Source: Felis catus (lineage: Eukaryota). From it: DNA of 64,000 bases. The DNA lies in contig NC_058369.1 in NCBI RefSeq assembly GCF_018350175.1, positions 6,574,001-6,638,000 on the forward strand, given 5' to 3'. Positions 49,690 to 63,699 of the stretch are shown in pieces. Both the position numbers and the translations under genes were made by a program. The notes below the pieces were generated by a model, which was not told where the DNA came from, did no database searches, and saw nothing but the letters and a program-made list of their open reading frames with translations. Each line of letters starts with the position of its first letter. Position 1 is the stretch's first letter.

Positions 49690-51291
49690 CTATTTGTGGA
49701 GAAAAGACACATGATGTAGGGGGACTGTGCAGGTGACAAGCAACTCCATGAAACTGGAGCCAACAATTCTGAAGATGAGCCAGTATGACTTCTGCAACAG
49801 TGGAGTAACCATGCATAAATTCTAATGGGTATAGTAACTCTCCAGAAACAAAAATTCAAGCATCCTCAATGTCCAGGTGACAGGATATAAACAGTCCCAA
49901 AGTCCATGCCCAAGTTTACATAACATACTTCAAAAGCTCTAAAGCTTTTAACCACAGAGAATATAAAGTCAGGGTAAGGAACAGCTAGTCAGTTCACAGG
50001 GAAGGCATCAGACAGAAAGCTCCAGGAGGGTGGGGACCACGTCTGTCTCATTCATCACTACATTCCTAAACCCAGCACAGACCCAGGAACATCGAAGTGC
50101 CTCAGAAAGACTTGTGAGAAGTGACAACAGTGAAAATTATGGACTTTTGGTTTAACAGCCCTTAACTCCACAAAAACAGTGACTAAACTGGGGAACACCA
50201 TCAGAACCAACTTTATCAGAACTTTGGAAACTTATCAAAAGTTTACAGCAACTGGAAAATGTTTAATCAAGGACAACAACCAGCTGACATTTTAACTGAC
50301 CCCTGTCTAATCTATTCACTGCTTTGGCTGTGACCTTGCAGATGACAGCCCACATTCCTAGTACTGCAGGGAGCAGGGGGGACCTATTTATTGTCAAAGA
50401 TCCGTGGTTGTCTGATTTGACTTTTCTGGCTTGCCTTTATCTTTTTTTTAATTTTTAATTTTTTTTTTTTACTTTATAAACTTTTTCTTACACTTTTTTT
50501 TTCAATATATGAGATTTATTGTCAAATTGGTTTCCATATTGCCTTTATTTATCTAATCCCACTCTCCAAGGGCTGAGCTGTCTACCCTCAGGCATGTGCT
50601 GAACACATTTAAAGGCAAATATCTCAGCCATCACCACCAGAGGCAAGTGAAATAGTAGAGGAAAACAAAAAACTAACCAAGAAGCCTGGGAGGAAAACTA
50701 TGGAATAAGATGTTTGGGGGAATTTTTAAAAAATTTCCCTCATATTTCTTTGAATCTAGAAAGCCAGGGTCAGGCACATGGTCAGAAAAGACCTGAAATT
50801 GCATTAAGTCCTCAATTCTGGCTGACCTTCAGGTTCTGCACAAGCAGAAAGTAAAGATTATGGAGAGTTGCCAATTGCCTGCTGATTTTGAATGTAGGCC
50901 CTGGACACCCACACAGAACACATCTGCAGAGACTACAGGTGTTTTACTTTTTGTTCCAGGCCCCCAAGAAAATCTCTGACCAACCACTAGCTAACCATGA
51001 AACTAACATAACAGTCTTCAGGGACCACACGTGACAAATACAGATTACAAAATTAGTATAGAGGTATCACTAAACATACATTCAACAGCAACAATAACAA
51101 ATTCTGGTGGTGGAGAGAAATCGGATTCCAGAATTGCTGTGTAATAATGTTCCAAATGTACAGTTTTAACACTAAAAGTATGAGGCAGGCAAAGAAACAA
51201 ATGTATGGCCCATTTCAGGAGAAAAAAAAATGAGTAGAAACTGCTCCAAAGGAAGCCCAAACATCAGACTCACTAGTCAAAGAATTTAAAT

Positions 51292-51463
51292 GTTTTTTTA
51301 TTTAGTTTTTGAGAGCGAGAGTGTAAGCAGAAAGATCCGAACTGGGCTCTGCACTGACAGGCTGACTACAATGAGCCCAATGTGGGGCTCAAACTCACGA
51401 ACCAAGAGATCATGACCTGAACTGAAGTCAGACGCTCAACCAACTGGGCCACCCAAGCACCCC
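51292..51463 (-). mobile_element. CanSINE
   Basis: Reverse-complement SINE body (ggggctcaaactcacgaacc..gagatcatgacctga). Confidence 0.88.
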
Positions 51464-52343
51464 TCAAAGGATTTAAGTCAACTCTTTTAAGTATGCTCAA
51501 AGACCTAAAGAAAACCGTGGCAATTCTGATGAACTAGAACCCATGTTAAAGAGACAGAAATTACAAAGAGAAACTACACAGAAATTTTGGAGTTGAAAAG
51601 TACAACTGAAATGAAAAGTTCACAAGAAGAGTTCAACAGCAGGTGTGAGCAGGCAGAAGAAAAGAATCAATAACCATGAAGACAGGATGATTTACATTAC
51701 CTCCCTGGAAGAACAGAAAGAAAAAAGAAGGAAAAAAAAAATAAGAACAGAGCCCAAGAGACCTGTGGGATCCCATCAAACATACCAATGTACACATCAT
51801 GGGAATTCATTAAGTGGAGAAGAGAATGAGGTAGAAAGAATATTTGAAGAAATAAGGGCAAAAATTTCCCAAAATTTGACAAAGACACAAATGTACACAG
51901 CCAAGAAGCTTAAGAAACCCCAAGTATAAGGTTACACTGAGAGGGACAGAGATCACGAGCACATCTGCCCTACAAGAAATGCTAATGGGAGACTTTCAGG
52001 CTGAAATGAAAGGATAATGGATATTAATGCAAATCCACATAAAGAAATAACCTGATAATTGAAAATACACAGGCCAATAGTAATTGGCTATTTTTGGTTT
52101 ATAATGCTTATCTTTTTGGTTTGAAACTCTTTCTCTTATATGATTTAAAAGATAAATGCCTACACCAGTAATTGTAAATCTATGTTAATGGGCACACAAG
52201 GTATAAAGATGTAATTTGTGGCAAAAGAAAAGAAAGCAGGTGTGTGTGCGCGCGCAGGTACATAAGAGCAAAAATTTTATATACTAGCAAAACAAAGTTG
52301 GTATTAAATCAAAATAGGCTGCTATGAATTAAAATGTTAATTG

Positions 52344-53397
52344 CCGGACTTTAAGCTGTATTACAAGCTGTCATCATCAAGAAAGTATGGCACTGGCATA
52401 AGAACACTCAGATCAATGGAACAGAATAGAGAACCCAGAAATGGACCCACAAACGTATGGCCAACTAATCCTTGACAAAGCAGGAAAGAATATCCAATGG
52501 AATAAAGACAGTCTCTTCAGCAAGTGGTGCTGGGAAAACTAGACAGCGACAGGCAGAAAAATGAAACTGGACCACTTTCTTACACCATACACAAAAATAA
52601 ACTCAAAATGGATGAAAGACCTAAATGGAAGACAGGAAGGCATCAAAATCTGAGGAGAAAGCAGGCAAAAACCTCTTTGATCTTGGCCACAGCAACTTCT
52701 TACTCAACACGTCTCCAGAGGCAAGGGAAACAAAAGCAAGAATGAACTACTGGGACCTCATCAAAATAAAAAGCTTCTGCACAGTGAAGGAAACAATCAG
52801 CAAAACTAAAAGGCAACCGACAGAATGGGAGAAGATATTTGCAAATGACATATCGGATAAAGGTTTAGTATCCAAAATCTATAAAGAACTTATCAAACTC
52901 AACACCCAAAACACAAATAATCCAGTGAAGAAATGGGCAAAAGACATGAATAGACACTTCTCCAAAGAAGACATCCAGATGGCTGACACATGAAAAAATG
53001 CTCTACATCACTCATCATCAGGGAAATACAAATCAAAACCACAATGAGATACCAACTCACACCTGTCAGAATGGCTAACATTAACAACTCAGGCAACAAT
53101 AGATGTTGGCAAGGATGTGGAGAAAGAGGATCTCTTCTGCACTGCTGGTGGGAATGCAAATTGGTGCAGCCACTCTGGAAAACAGTCTGGAGGTTCCCCC
53201 CAAAATTAAAAACAGAACTACCCTATGACCCAGCAATTGCACTACTAGGTATCTATCCAAGGGATACAGGTGTGCTATTTCGAAGGGACACATGCACCCC
53301 CATGTTTATAGCAGCACTATCAACAATAGCCAAAGCATGGAAAGAGCCCAAATGGATAAAGATGTAGTGTATATGTATATATCACATTATATATATA

Positions 53398-53440
<43 letters not shown>

Positions 53441-53813
53441 GGAGTATTACTCGGCAATCAAAAAGAATGAAATCTTGCCATTTGAAACTATGTGGATGGA
53501 ATTAGAGGGTAGTATGCTAAGCAAAATTAGAGAAAGACAAATATCATATGACTTCACACATATGAGGACTTTAAGACAGAACAGATGAACATAAGGGAAG
53601 GGAAGCAAAAATAATATAAAAACAGGAAGAGGGACAAACCATAAGAGACTCTTAGATATCGAGAACAAACTGAGGGTTACTGGAGGGGTTGTGGGAGGGG
53701 AATGGGCTAAATGGGTAAGGGGCATTAAGGAATCTATTCCTGAAATCATTGTTGCACTATATGCTAACTTGGGTCTAAGTTAAAAAATTAAATTAAATGA
53801 AAATTAAAAAAAA
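52344..53813 (+). mobile_element. 5'-truncated carnivore/felid L1
   Basis: ORF2 C-terminus, 3'UTR and A tail; TSD taaaatgttaa(t/c)tg. Confidence 0.95.
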
Positions 53814-53904
53814 TAAAATGTTAACTGTAATCCCCAGGACAATCATTAAAACAAATAAATAAAAAGAAATGACAGGGAATCAAAATGGTCCATGAGGAAA
53901 CATT

Positions 53905-53948
<44 letters not shown>

Positions 53949-54150
53949 AAAGAATTGAGGAACAAAAATGATAGAAAACATGTAGAAAATAACAAAATGG
54001 CATAAGTAGGTCTTTCTTTATCAATAATAACCTTAAATGTTAATGGATTAATCTGTCCAACTAAAAGGCAGATTTGGGCAGAACAGATAAAGAATATCCA
54101 ATTATATGCTCTCCCTAAGAGACTCAACTTACATCTAAACACACTAAGAG

Positions 54151-57100
54151 GGAGGTAGGGAGGGGTCAACATGGCAGAGAAGTAGGGGGATCCTTACTTC
54201 CCGCCTCCCTCAAAGAAGTGCTGGAGCCAAAGGACTCTGAACCCCAAGAGTCTGGGAGGAAAAGAGACTGAACCTACCAGGAAGAAAATGAGACAACTTG
54301 AGAAAGGATAGGTGGGTGATTGTGAACTGGGGGAGATAGAACAGGGTGGGTAGGCACAGAGGGGAGGGATCCCCTTCTGCGGAGAGACAAAGGGAAGAGA
54401 ACGTCTAGGGAAGTGTAGGACTGTATCTGCACAGGAAAATGACCTCGTACTGGGACTCAGAGGGATCCCATCTCTAACGGCAGGACTTTCTTCGGACTCG
54501 GGCCGGCTCCCTGTTCACGCACCTGGGGAGGAGGGGAGCCAGCCCTGGGTTCGGTGGTAGGTCAGGGGCGCAGTCTGCAGTGGGAGAAAGCGGCCACTTC
54601 CCCAGAGTGCGGTGGGACAGAACAAAGCCTGCCTGTGTCCGCCACCCCTGGGGCTCAGTGGCAAGGTCAGCGACGCAGTCTGCAGTAAGAGACGGAGGTC
54701 CTCCTTGAAGTGCGGTGGCACAGACAAAGCCAGCCGGGACCACCTATTGGGCTGCACTGAGAGGCACTTCCCCAATGCCAGAGCGCATGGGAACGGGACT
54801 GTGAATCTTAGCCAAGCGCAGGGTCAGGGGAGTTGGTGGAGCGAGAAGGACCACCCAGTCTGCACCCATGACACAGTGAGGAAGACTCAAACTGAGTCCA
54901 CCGGTCAGGGTCTGTGGAGAAGAGACTGGGGGATCACCATTGCCGCCCCCCAGCACCAAGGCGGGCCTCAGGGATCACTCCCCGGGCCCACAGTGGAGGT
55001 GGGTCCAGATTATGCCAAGCCACGCCCCTTTGCACTGGGTAACTGCTATCCACCGAGGGGCACAGACCCTGTGGACAGCAACTCCCCACAAGCGATGCAG
55101 CATTGCCTGGATTAACTCTAGGTCAATTCTGGAGAGAGATATATTCTCCCTCCCATTTCTGCTCCTTATCTCTTTCCTCCCCTAGGCTGGTTACTCTGGT
55201 TATTGGTCTGTCTAAACAGACATATTTAATCCATTGTCTTGATACATGTTCTACACCTCCTTCTTCTCCTTCTTTACACTCCTTTCTCTCTGGAATAATC
55301 GAGCAGTATAGTTTCTCTGGGTAACTTTATCTTCTTTTCATTTTCCCCACCTCCTTCTTTATTTTCCTTTCTCTATGGATTAAGCCTTTTAGTCTCTCTG
55401 CCTGGTCAATGTTTATTTTTTCTTTCTCCTCCACTCCTGTCATTTCTCTTCGTATCTGCTCTTCCGTCAGCACCGCCTCCAACCTGTTCTTTACTTGTAG
55501 TCGGTGTTTTGGGTTTTTTCTTTTGGTTTGTTTTATTTGTGTGTTTGCATGTTTTTGTCTCCTGTTTTCCTTTCCAGGGCTACTCCAAGGAACAAATCAA
55601 AGCACACCTGGTGGAGGGTCCAAAACATCACTACGGGTAGGGAAATAAAATAACCAAAGTCACAACAGAGAGCAACACTCTCCAAAAAACACCTCCTGAA
55701 GGGCCAGGCCTGGACAGTGTATGACCCCCACCATCCTCCCTTTAATATAGCGGTGCTCACAGGTACAGAGCACACAGCAAGCTTTTAAAACTCATAAGGG
55801 ACAGAAAACTAGCCAAAATGATGAAACGGAAGAATTCTCCACAAAAGAAATTCCAGGAAGGAATGAGAGCTAACAAATTTATCAAAACCAACTTAACCAA
55901 TATAACTGAGCAAGAGTTGAGAATAGTCATAAAACTAATTGCTAGGCTTGAAAAAAGCATAGAGGACAGCAGAGAATCTATTGCTAGAGAGATCAAGGGA
56001 CAAAGAAATAGTCATGAGGAACAAAAAATGTTGTGAGGTGCAAAATAATATGAAGGCAGCCAAAGCACAGATTCAAGAGGCAGAGGGGAGAACAGGTGAA
56101 TTAGAAGATAAAATTATGGAAAAAGAGGAAGTTGAGAAAAAGAGAGATAAAAAAAATCCATGAGTATGAGGGGAGAATTAGGGAATTAAGTGATGCAATA
56201 AAACGGAACAATATCCGTATCATAGGAATTCCAGAAGAAGAAGAGAGAGAAAGGGGCTGAAGGAGTACTTGAACAAATCATAGCTGAGAACTTCCCTGAC
56301 CTGCGGAAGGAAAAAGGCATTAAAATCCAAGAGACACAAGGAACTCCCTTCAGACGTAACTTGAATCGATCATCTGCACGACATACCATAGTGAGACTGG
56401 CAAAATACAAGGATAAAGAGAGAATTCTGAAAGCAGCTAGGGATAAACGGGTCCTAACATACAAAGGTAGACAGACACATAAGGGTAGTGGCAGACCTCT
56501 CTACTGAAACTTGGCAGGCCAGAAAGGAATGGCAGGACATCTTCAATGTGATGAACAGAAAAAATAAGCAGCCAAGAATCCTTTACCCAGCAAGCCTGTC
56601 ATTCAGAATAGGAGAGATACAGGTTTTCCGAAACAAGCAAAAACTGAAAGACCTCATCACCACTAAACCAGCCCTACAAGAGATCCTCACGGGGACTCTG
56701 TGAGTGAAATGTTGCAAGGACCACAAAGTACCAGAGACACCACTACAAGCATGAAACCTACAGACATCACAATGACTCTAAACCCAAATCTTTCTATAAT
56801 AACACTGAATGTAAATGGACTAAATGCTCCAACCAAAAGTCATAGGGTATCACAATGGATAAAAAACAAGACCCATCAATTTGCGGTCTACAAGAGACTC
56901 ATTTTAGACCTGAGGACACCTTCAGATTGAGAGTGAGGGGATGGAGAACTATCTATCATGCTACTGGAAGTCAAAAGAAAGCTGGAGTAGCCATACTTAG
57001 ACAAACTAGACTTTAAATTAAAGGCGGTAATAAGAGATGAAGAAGGGCATTATATAATAATTACAGGGTCTATCCATCAGAAAGAGCTAACAATTACATG

Positions 57101-60100
57101 TGTTTATACGCCAAATACGGGAGCCCCCAAATATATAAAACAATCACAAACATAAGGAACCTTATTGATAAGAATGTGGTAATTGCAGGGGACTTTAATA
57201 CTCCACTTACAACAATGGATAGATCAGCTAGACACAGGATCAATAAAGAAACAAGAGCCCTGAATGAAACATTGGATCAGATGGACTTGACAGATATATT
57301 TAGAACTCTGCATCCCAAAGCAACAGAATACACTCTCCTCTTGAGTGCACATGGAACATTCTCCAAGACAGATCACATACTTAGGTCACAGAACAGTCCT
57401 TAATAAGTATATAAAATTGAGATCATACCATGCACACTTGCAGATCACAATGCTATGAAACTTGAAATCAACCACAGGAAAAAGTCTGAAAAACCTCCAA
57501 AGGCATAGAGGTTAAAGAACATCCTACTAAATAATGAATGGGTCAACCAGGCAATTAGAGAAGAAATTCAAAAATATATGGAAACAAATGAAAATGAAAA
57601 TACAACAATCCAAATGCTTTGGGATGCAGCAAAGGCAGTCCTGAGAGGAAAATACATTGCAATCCAGGCCTATCTCAAGAAACAAGAAAAATCCCAAATA
57701 CAAAATCTAACAGCACACCTAAAGGAACCAGAAGCAGACCAGCAAAGACACCCCAAACCCAGCAGAAGAAGAGAAATAATAAAGAGCAGAGCAGAAATAA
57801 ACAATATAGAATCCAAAAAAGCAGTAGAGCAGATCAATGAAACCAAGAGTTGGTTTTTTAAAAAAATAAACAAAATTGATAAACCTCAAGCCAGGCTTCT
57901 CAAAAAGAAAAGACAGTGGACTCAAATAGATAAAATCACAAATGAAAATGTAATGATTACAACCAATCCCTCAGAAATACAAGCAATTATCAGGGAATAC
58001 TATGAAAAATTATATGCCAACAAACTGGACAACCTGGAAGAAATGGACAAATTCCTAAGCACCCACACACTCCCAAAACTCAAACAGGAAGAAATAGAAA
58101 ACTTGAATAGACCCATACCCAGTGAAGAAATTGAATCAGTTATCAAAAATCTCCCACCAAATGAGAGTCCAGGGCCAGATGGCTTCCCTGGGGAATTCTA
58201 CCAGATATTTAAAGCAGAGATAATACCTATCCTTCTCAAGCTGTTCCAAAAAATAGAAAGGAAAGAAAAACTTCCAGACTCATTCTATGAAGCCAGCATT
58301 ACTTTGATTTCAAACCAGAAACCCAGCAAAAAAAAAAAAAAAAAAAGAACTAGAGGCCAATATCCCTGATGAATATGGATGCAAAACTTCTCAACAAGAT
58401 ACTAGCAAATCAAATTCAACAGCATATAAAAATAATTATTCACCACAATCAAGTGGGATTCATTCCTGGGCTGCAGGGCTGGTTCAAGATTAGCAAATCA
58501 ATCAATGTGATACATCACATTAATAAAAGAAAAGAACCATGTGATCCTCTCAATCGATGCAGAAAAAGCATCCTTTCTTAATAAAAACCCTCGAGAAAGT
58601 CGGGATAGAAGGAACATACTTAAATATCATAAAAGCCACTTATGAAAAGCCCACAGCTAGTATCATCCTCAATGGGGAAAAACTCAGAGATTTCCTCCTG
58701 AGATCAGGAACACGACAGGGATGTCCACTCTCACCACTGTTGTTTAAACATAGTGTTGGAAGTTCTAGCATCAGCAATCAGACAACAAATGGAAATCAAA
58801 GGCATCAAAACTGGCAAAGATGAAGTCAAGCTTTCACTTTTTGCAGGTGACATATTATACATGGAAAACCTGACAGACTCCACCAAAAGTCTGTTAGAAC
58901 TGATACATGAATTCAGCAAAGTCGCATGGTACAAAATTAGTGTACAGAAATCGGTTGCCATTTTTTTTAAAATTTTTTTTTCAACGTTTATTTATTTTTG
59001 GGACAGAGAGAGACAGCATGAACGGGGGAGGGGCAGAGAGAGAGGGAGACACAGAATCAGAAACAGGCTCCAGGCTCTGAGCCATCAGCCCAGAGCCCGA
59101 CGCGGGGCTCGAACTCCCGGACCGCGAGATCGTGACCTGGCTGAAGTCGGACGCTTAACCGACTGCGCCACCCAGGCGCCCCCGGTTGCATTTTTATACA
59201 GCAATGATGAAACAACAGAAAGACAAATAAAGAAACTGATCCCATTCACAATTGTACCAAGGACCATAAAATACCTAGGAATAAACCTAACCAAAGATGT
59301 AAAAGATCTGTATGCTGAAAACTATAGAAAGCTTATGAAGAAAATTGAAGATGATACCAAGAAATGGAAAAACACTCCCTGCTCATTGATTGGAAGAATA
59401 AGTATTGTTAAAATGTCAATACTACCCAAAGCAATCTACACATTCAATGCAATCCCAATCAAAATTGCACCAGCATTCTTCTCAAAGCTAGAACAAGCAA
59501 TCCTAAAACCTGTATGGAACTACAAAAGCCCCTGAGTAGCCAAAGTAATATTGAAGAAGAAAACCAAAGCAGGAGGCATCACAATCTCAGACTTAAGCCT
59601 CTACTACAAAGCTGTAATCATCAAGACAGCATGGTATTGGCACAAAAACAGACACATAGACTAATGGAATAGAATAGAGACCCCAGAACTGGGCCCACAA
59701 AAGTATGGCCAACTAATCTTTGACAAAGCAGGAAAGAATACCCAATGGAAAAAAGACAGTCTCTTTATCAAATGGTGCTGGGAGAACTGGACAGCAATAT
59801 GCAGAAGAATGAAACTAGACCACTTTCTCACACCATTCATAAAAATAAATGCAAAATGGATGCAGGACCTGAATGTGAGACAGGAAACCATCAAAACCCT
59901 AGAGGAGAAAGCAGGAAAAAACCTCGTTGACCTCAGCCGTAGCAATTTCTTACTTGACGCATGTCCAAAGGCAAGGGAATTAAAAGCAAACATTAACTAT
60001 TGGGACCTCATGAAGATGAAAAGCTTCTGCACTGCAAAAGAAACAACCAACAAAACTAAAAGGCAACCAACGGGATGGGAAGAGATATTTGCAAATGACA

Positions 60101-61049
60101 TATCGGACAAAGGGCTAGTAACCAAAATCTATAAAGAACTCACCAAACTCCACACCCAAAAAACAAATAATCCAGTGAAGAAATGGGCAGAAGACATGAA
60201 TAGACATTTCTAAAGAAGACTATCCAGATAGCCAATAGGCACATGAAAAAATGCTCAACGTCACTCCTCATCAGGGAAATACAAATCAAAACCATACTCA
60301 GATATCACCTCATGCCAGTCAGAGTGGCCAAAATGAATAAACCAGGAGACTATAGATGCTAGACAGGATGTGGAGAAACGGGAACCCTCTTGCACTGCTG
60401 GTGGGAATGCAAACTGGTGCAGCCGCTCTAGAAAACAGTGTGAAGGTTCCTCAAAAAATTAAAAATAGAACTACCCTATGACCCAGCAATAGCACTGCTA
60501 GGAGTTGACCCAAGGGGCACAGGAGTGCTGATGCATAGGGACACATGTACCACATGTTTATAGCAGCACTTTCAACAACAGCCAAATTATGGAAAGAGCC
60601 TGAATGTCCATCAACTGACGAATGGATAAAGAAGATGTGGTTTATACATAAATGGAATACTACTTGGCAACGAGAAAGAATGAAATCTGGCCATTTGCAG
60701 CAACATGGATGTAACTGGAGGGTATTAATGCTAAGTGAAATAAGTCAGGCAGATAAAGACAGATACCGTATGTTTTCACTCATGTGGATCCTCAGAAAGT
60801 TAACAGAAAACCATGGGGGAGGGGAAGGGGAAAAAAGAGAGGGAGGGAGGAAAACCATAAGAGACTCTTAAATACTGAGAACAAACTGAGGGTTGGTGGG
60901 TGGGGGGGGTGGGGGAGAGGGGAAAGTGGGTGATGGGCATTGAGGAGGGCACCTGTTGGCATGAGCACTGGGTGTTGTATGGAAACCAATTTGACAATAA
61001 ATTATACTTAATATACAAAAAAAAAAGAGGTAAGCAAAAACAAACAAAA
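54151..61049 (+). mobile_element. Full-length L1 (inactive) with a long ~1.65-kb 5'UTR; CanSINE at 58961-59182
   Basis: TSD aaacacactaag(a/g)g (54137-54150 and 61050-61063); ORF1 from 55818; ORF2 EN/RT/C-terminus; 3'UTR and A tail. Confidence 0.97.
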
Positions 61050-61942
61050 AAACACACTAAGGGGTTGAAAGTCAATAGATGGAAAAATAGATTCCATGCA
61101 AACAGCCGCCAAAAGAGAGTGTAGCTATGTTAATTTCAGGCAAAATAGACTTTAAGACAAAAACTGCTACAAGACACAAAGAATGATCTTATGTAGTGAT
61201 TAAAAGGTCAAATTATCTAGAAGATGTAACAATTACAGATCAATTACAACAGAATTATAAATTTTTTTAAATATAATTTATTGTCAAGTTGGCTAACATA
61301 CAGTATGTAAGGTGTGCTCTTGGTTTTGGGGGTAGATTCCCGTGGTTCATCGCTTCCATACAACCAAAGCGGTAGACAGATTCAGTGCAATTGTTACCAA
61401 AATTCCAACAGCTTTTATTTGCAGAAATGGACAAACTGATCCTTAAACTCACATGGATTTGCAAGGGATGCTGAACAGACAAAACAGTCTTGAGAAAGAA
61501 CGAATTAGGAATTCTCACACCTCCTGACATCAAAGCTTACTTCAAAGCAATAGTAAAGAACGCGCTACAGTACTTGCACAAGGAGAGATGCAGAGATCAA
61601 TGGATGAGAACTGAGTGAGTGTAAACTCGTAAAGTGTGTGGTCACACAACTTTGGACAAGGCAGCAAAACAACTCACTGGGGGAAAGAACAGTCTTCTAC
61701 AGCAATGATGGGCAACTAGGTAATAAAGAGAGACAAAAGAACGAAACCACATAAAAAATTATCTCCAAAAGGACCAAAGACCTAATTGAAGAGGACTAGA
61801 AAATTCCTGGAAGAAAACACAGGGGTAAATGTTCATGGCCTTGGTGGATTTGGCAAGAATTTTTGAGGTATGATCACAAAGGACAAGCAAAAAAAGAAAA
61901 AAAAAAAGGAGAGATAAATTGGACTTCATAAAAATTAAAACT

Positions 61943-62807
61943 CTCTCTGACTTACTTCACCTAGCATAATACTCTCTAGCTCCATCCACTTCGTTACAAG
62001 TGGCAAGATTTCATTCTTTATGGCTGAGTAATATTCCATTGTGTGTGTGTCTACATACACACACACACACACACCACGTCTTTTTCATCCATTCATCTGT
62101 CCATGGACATTTGGGCTGTTTCCATAAGTCGGAATTGTAGATAGTGCTGCTATAAACGTTGGGGTGTGTGTGCTCCTTCGAAATCAGTATTTTTGTATCC
62201 TCTGGGTAAATGCTTAGTAGAGCAATTGCTGGATTATGGGGTAGTTCTATTTTTAAGGAACCTCCGAACTGTTTTCCAGGGGGGCTGTGCCACTTTGCCT
62301 TCCCACCATCAGTGCACGAGGGTCCCCTTTCTCCACATCCTCCCCAACACCTGTCGTTTCTTGTGTCGTTGGTTTCAGCCATTCTGACAGGTGTGAGGTG
62401 GTGTTTCATCATGGTTCTGACTTGTATTTCCCTGATGGTGAGTGACGTTGAGCATCTTTTCGTGGGTCTGTTGGCCATCTGGATGTCTTCTTTGGAAAAA
62501 CATGATTTTACTCACACGTGGAATTTAAGAAACAAAACAAATGAGCAAAAGGGAAAAAAGAGAGAAGGAGAGAAAGAGGGGAAAACCAAGAAACAGACTC
62601 TTAACCACAGAGAACAAACTCATGGTTACCAGAAGGGAGGTGAGCGCGTGTGTTGTGGGGGGGAGGGCGGTTTGGATGGCGATTAAGAGGCACACTTGTC
62701 GTGATGAGTACCGGGTGTGGTATGGAAGTGTTGAATCAATACATTGTACACCTGAAACTAATATTACACTGTATGTTAACTAACTGGAACTCAAACACAA
62801 ACTTAAA
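61943..62807. mobile_element. 5'-inverted (twin-primed) L1 insertion
   Basis: Antisense piece 61943-62500 joined to a sense 3'UTR piece 62501-62807; TSD aaaaattaaaact (61930-61942 and 62808-62820). Confidence 0.9.
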
Positions 62808-63699
62808 AAAAATTAAAACTGTTGTGTGTCAAAGGACACTATCAAGAAAATGAAAATACACCACCAACTGGGAGAAATTATTTCCGAATCATATTCTGGA
62901 CAAGGGACCAGTATTCACGACATATAATGAATGTGTATAATCCAAGAACAAAGACAAGCAACCGAATTCCAAACCGGGCCAAGGACTTGAACAGACGTTC
63001 TCCACAGAAGATCCAGAACAGCCGACACATGAAAAAGTGCTCAATGTCATCAGTCATGAGGGAAACACAAATCAGGGCGACAATGAAAAGAAATACTGCC
63101 TCATAACCGTGAAGACGGCTACCATCAGAGACACAAACGTTGGGGCAGATGGGAAATTGGAACCCTCCCACCTTGGCGCAGCTCCTGGGGAAGACAGTTC
63201 AGCAGTTCCTCAAAAAGCTAAACCTACTGATATATGACCCAGCATTCCGCTCCGACACATACCCAAGAAAGCCGAAAGCGCCTGTTTGCACAAACCGTGC
63301 ACCAATATTCTCAGCAGCAAGGTTTGTAACAACCAGTAAATGGAAACCACCCAAATGTGTATCAACCCATGAGTGAATTTTAAAGACGTGGCCAATCCAC
63401 AAAATGGTGCAACACTGCTAGACCTTCGAACATTAATTACGCTGCCTGAAAGGAGCCAGACCAAAGAGATCACAATGCCGGTGGCAGGAAATGTTCTGAG
63501 CAGGCAAACCCAGAGAAATGGAAGGCAAATGGGTGGTTGGCAGCAGGGGGCTGTGGGGAAGGTAACGGGTCCTGGCCACTTCCCGGGGAGGGGGTGAGGG
63601 GTGATGACAATGTTCTGACATTAGATGGCGTTGATGGTTGCACAACAATACTACTATGTCAAAAGTTACTGAATTGTGCACTTAAAAACAGCTAAAACA

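Larger units (their letters stand above)
50140..63695 (+). mobile_element. Old L1M scaffold filling the ZNF558 intron (5' region/ORF1 ~50140-52340; EN ~54000-54150 and 61050-61240; ORF2/3' end ~61370-63695), interrupted by younger inserts
   Basis: Degenerate ORF1 (ERIFEEIRAK) and EN sequence that is continuous across the TSDs of the younger L1s; L1M-type 3' end. Confidence 0.75.

Noticed and set aside
21156..61049. Retrotransposition-competent L1
   Set aside because: All three long copies have stops and frameshifts in ORF1 and ORF2.
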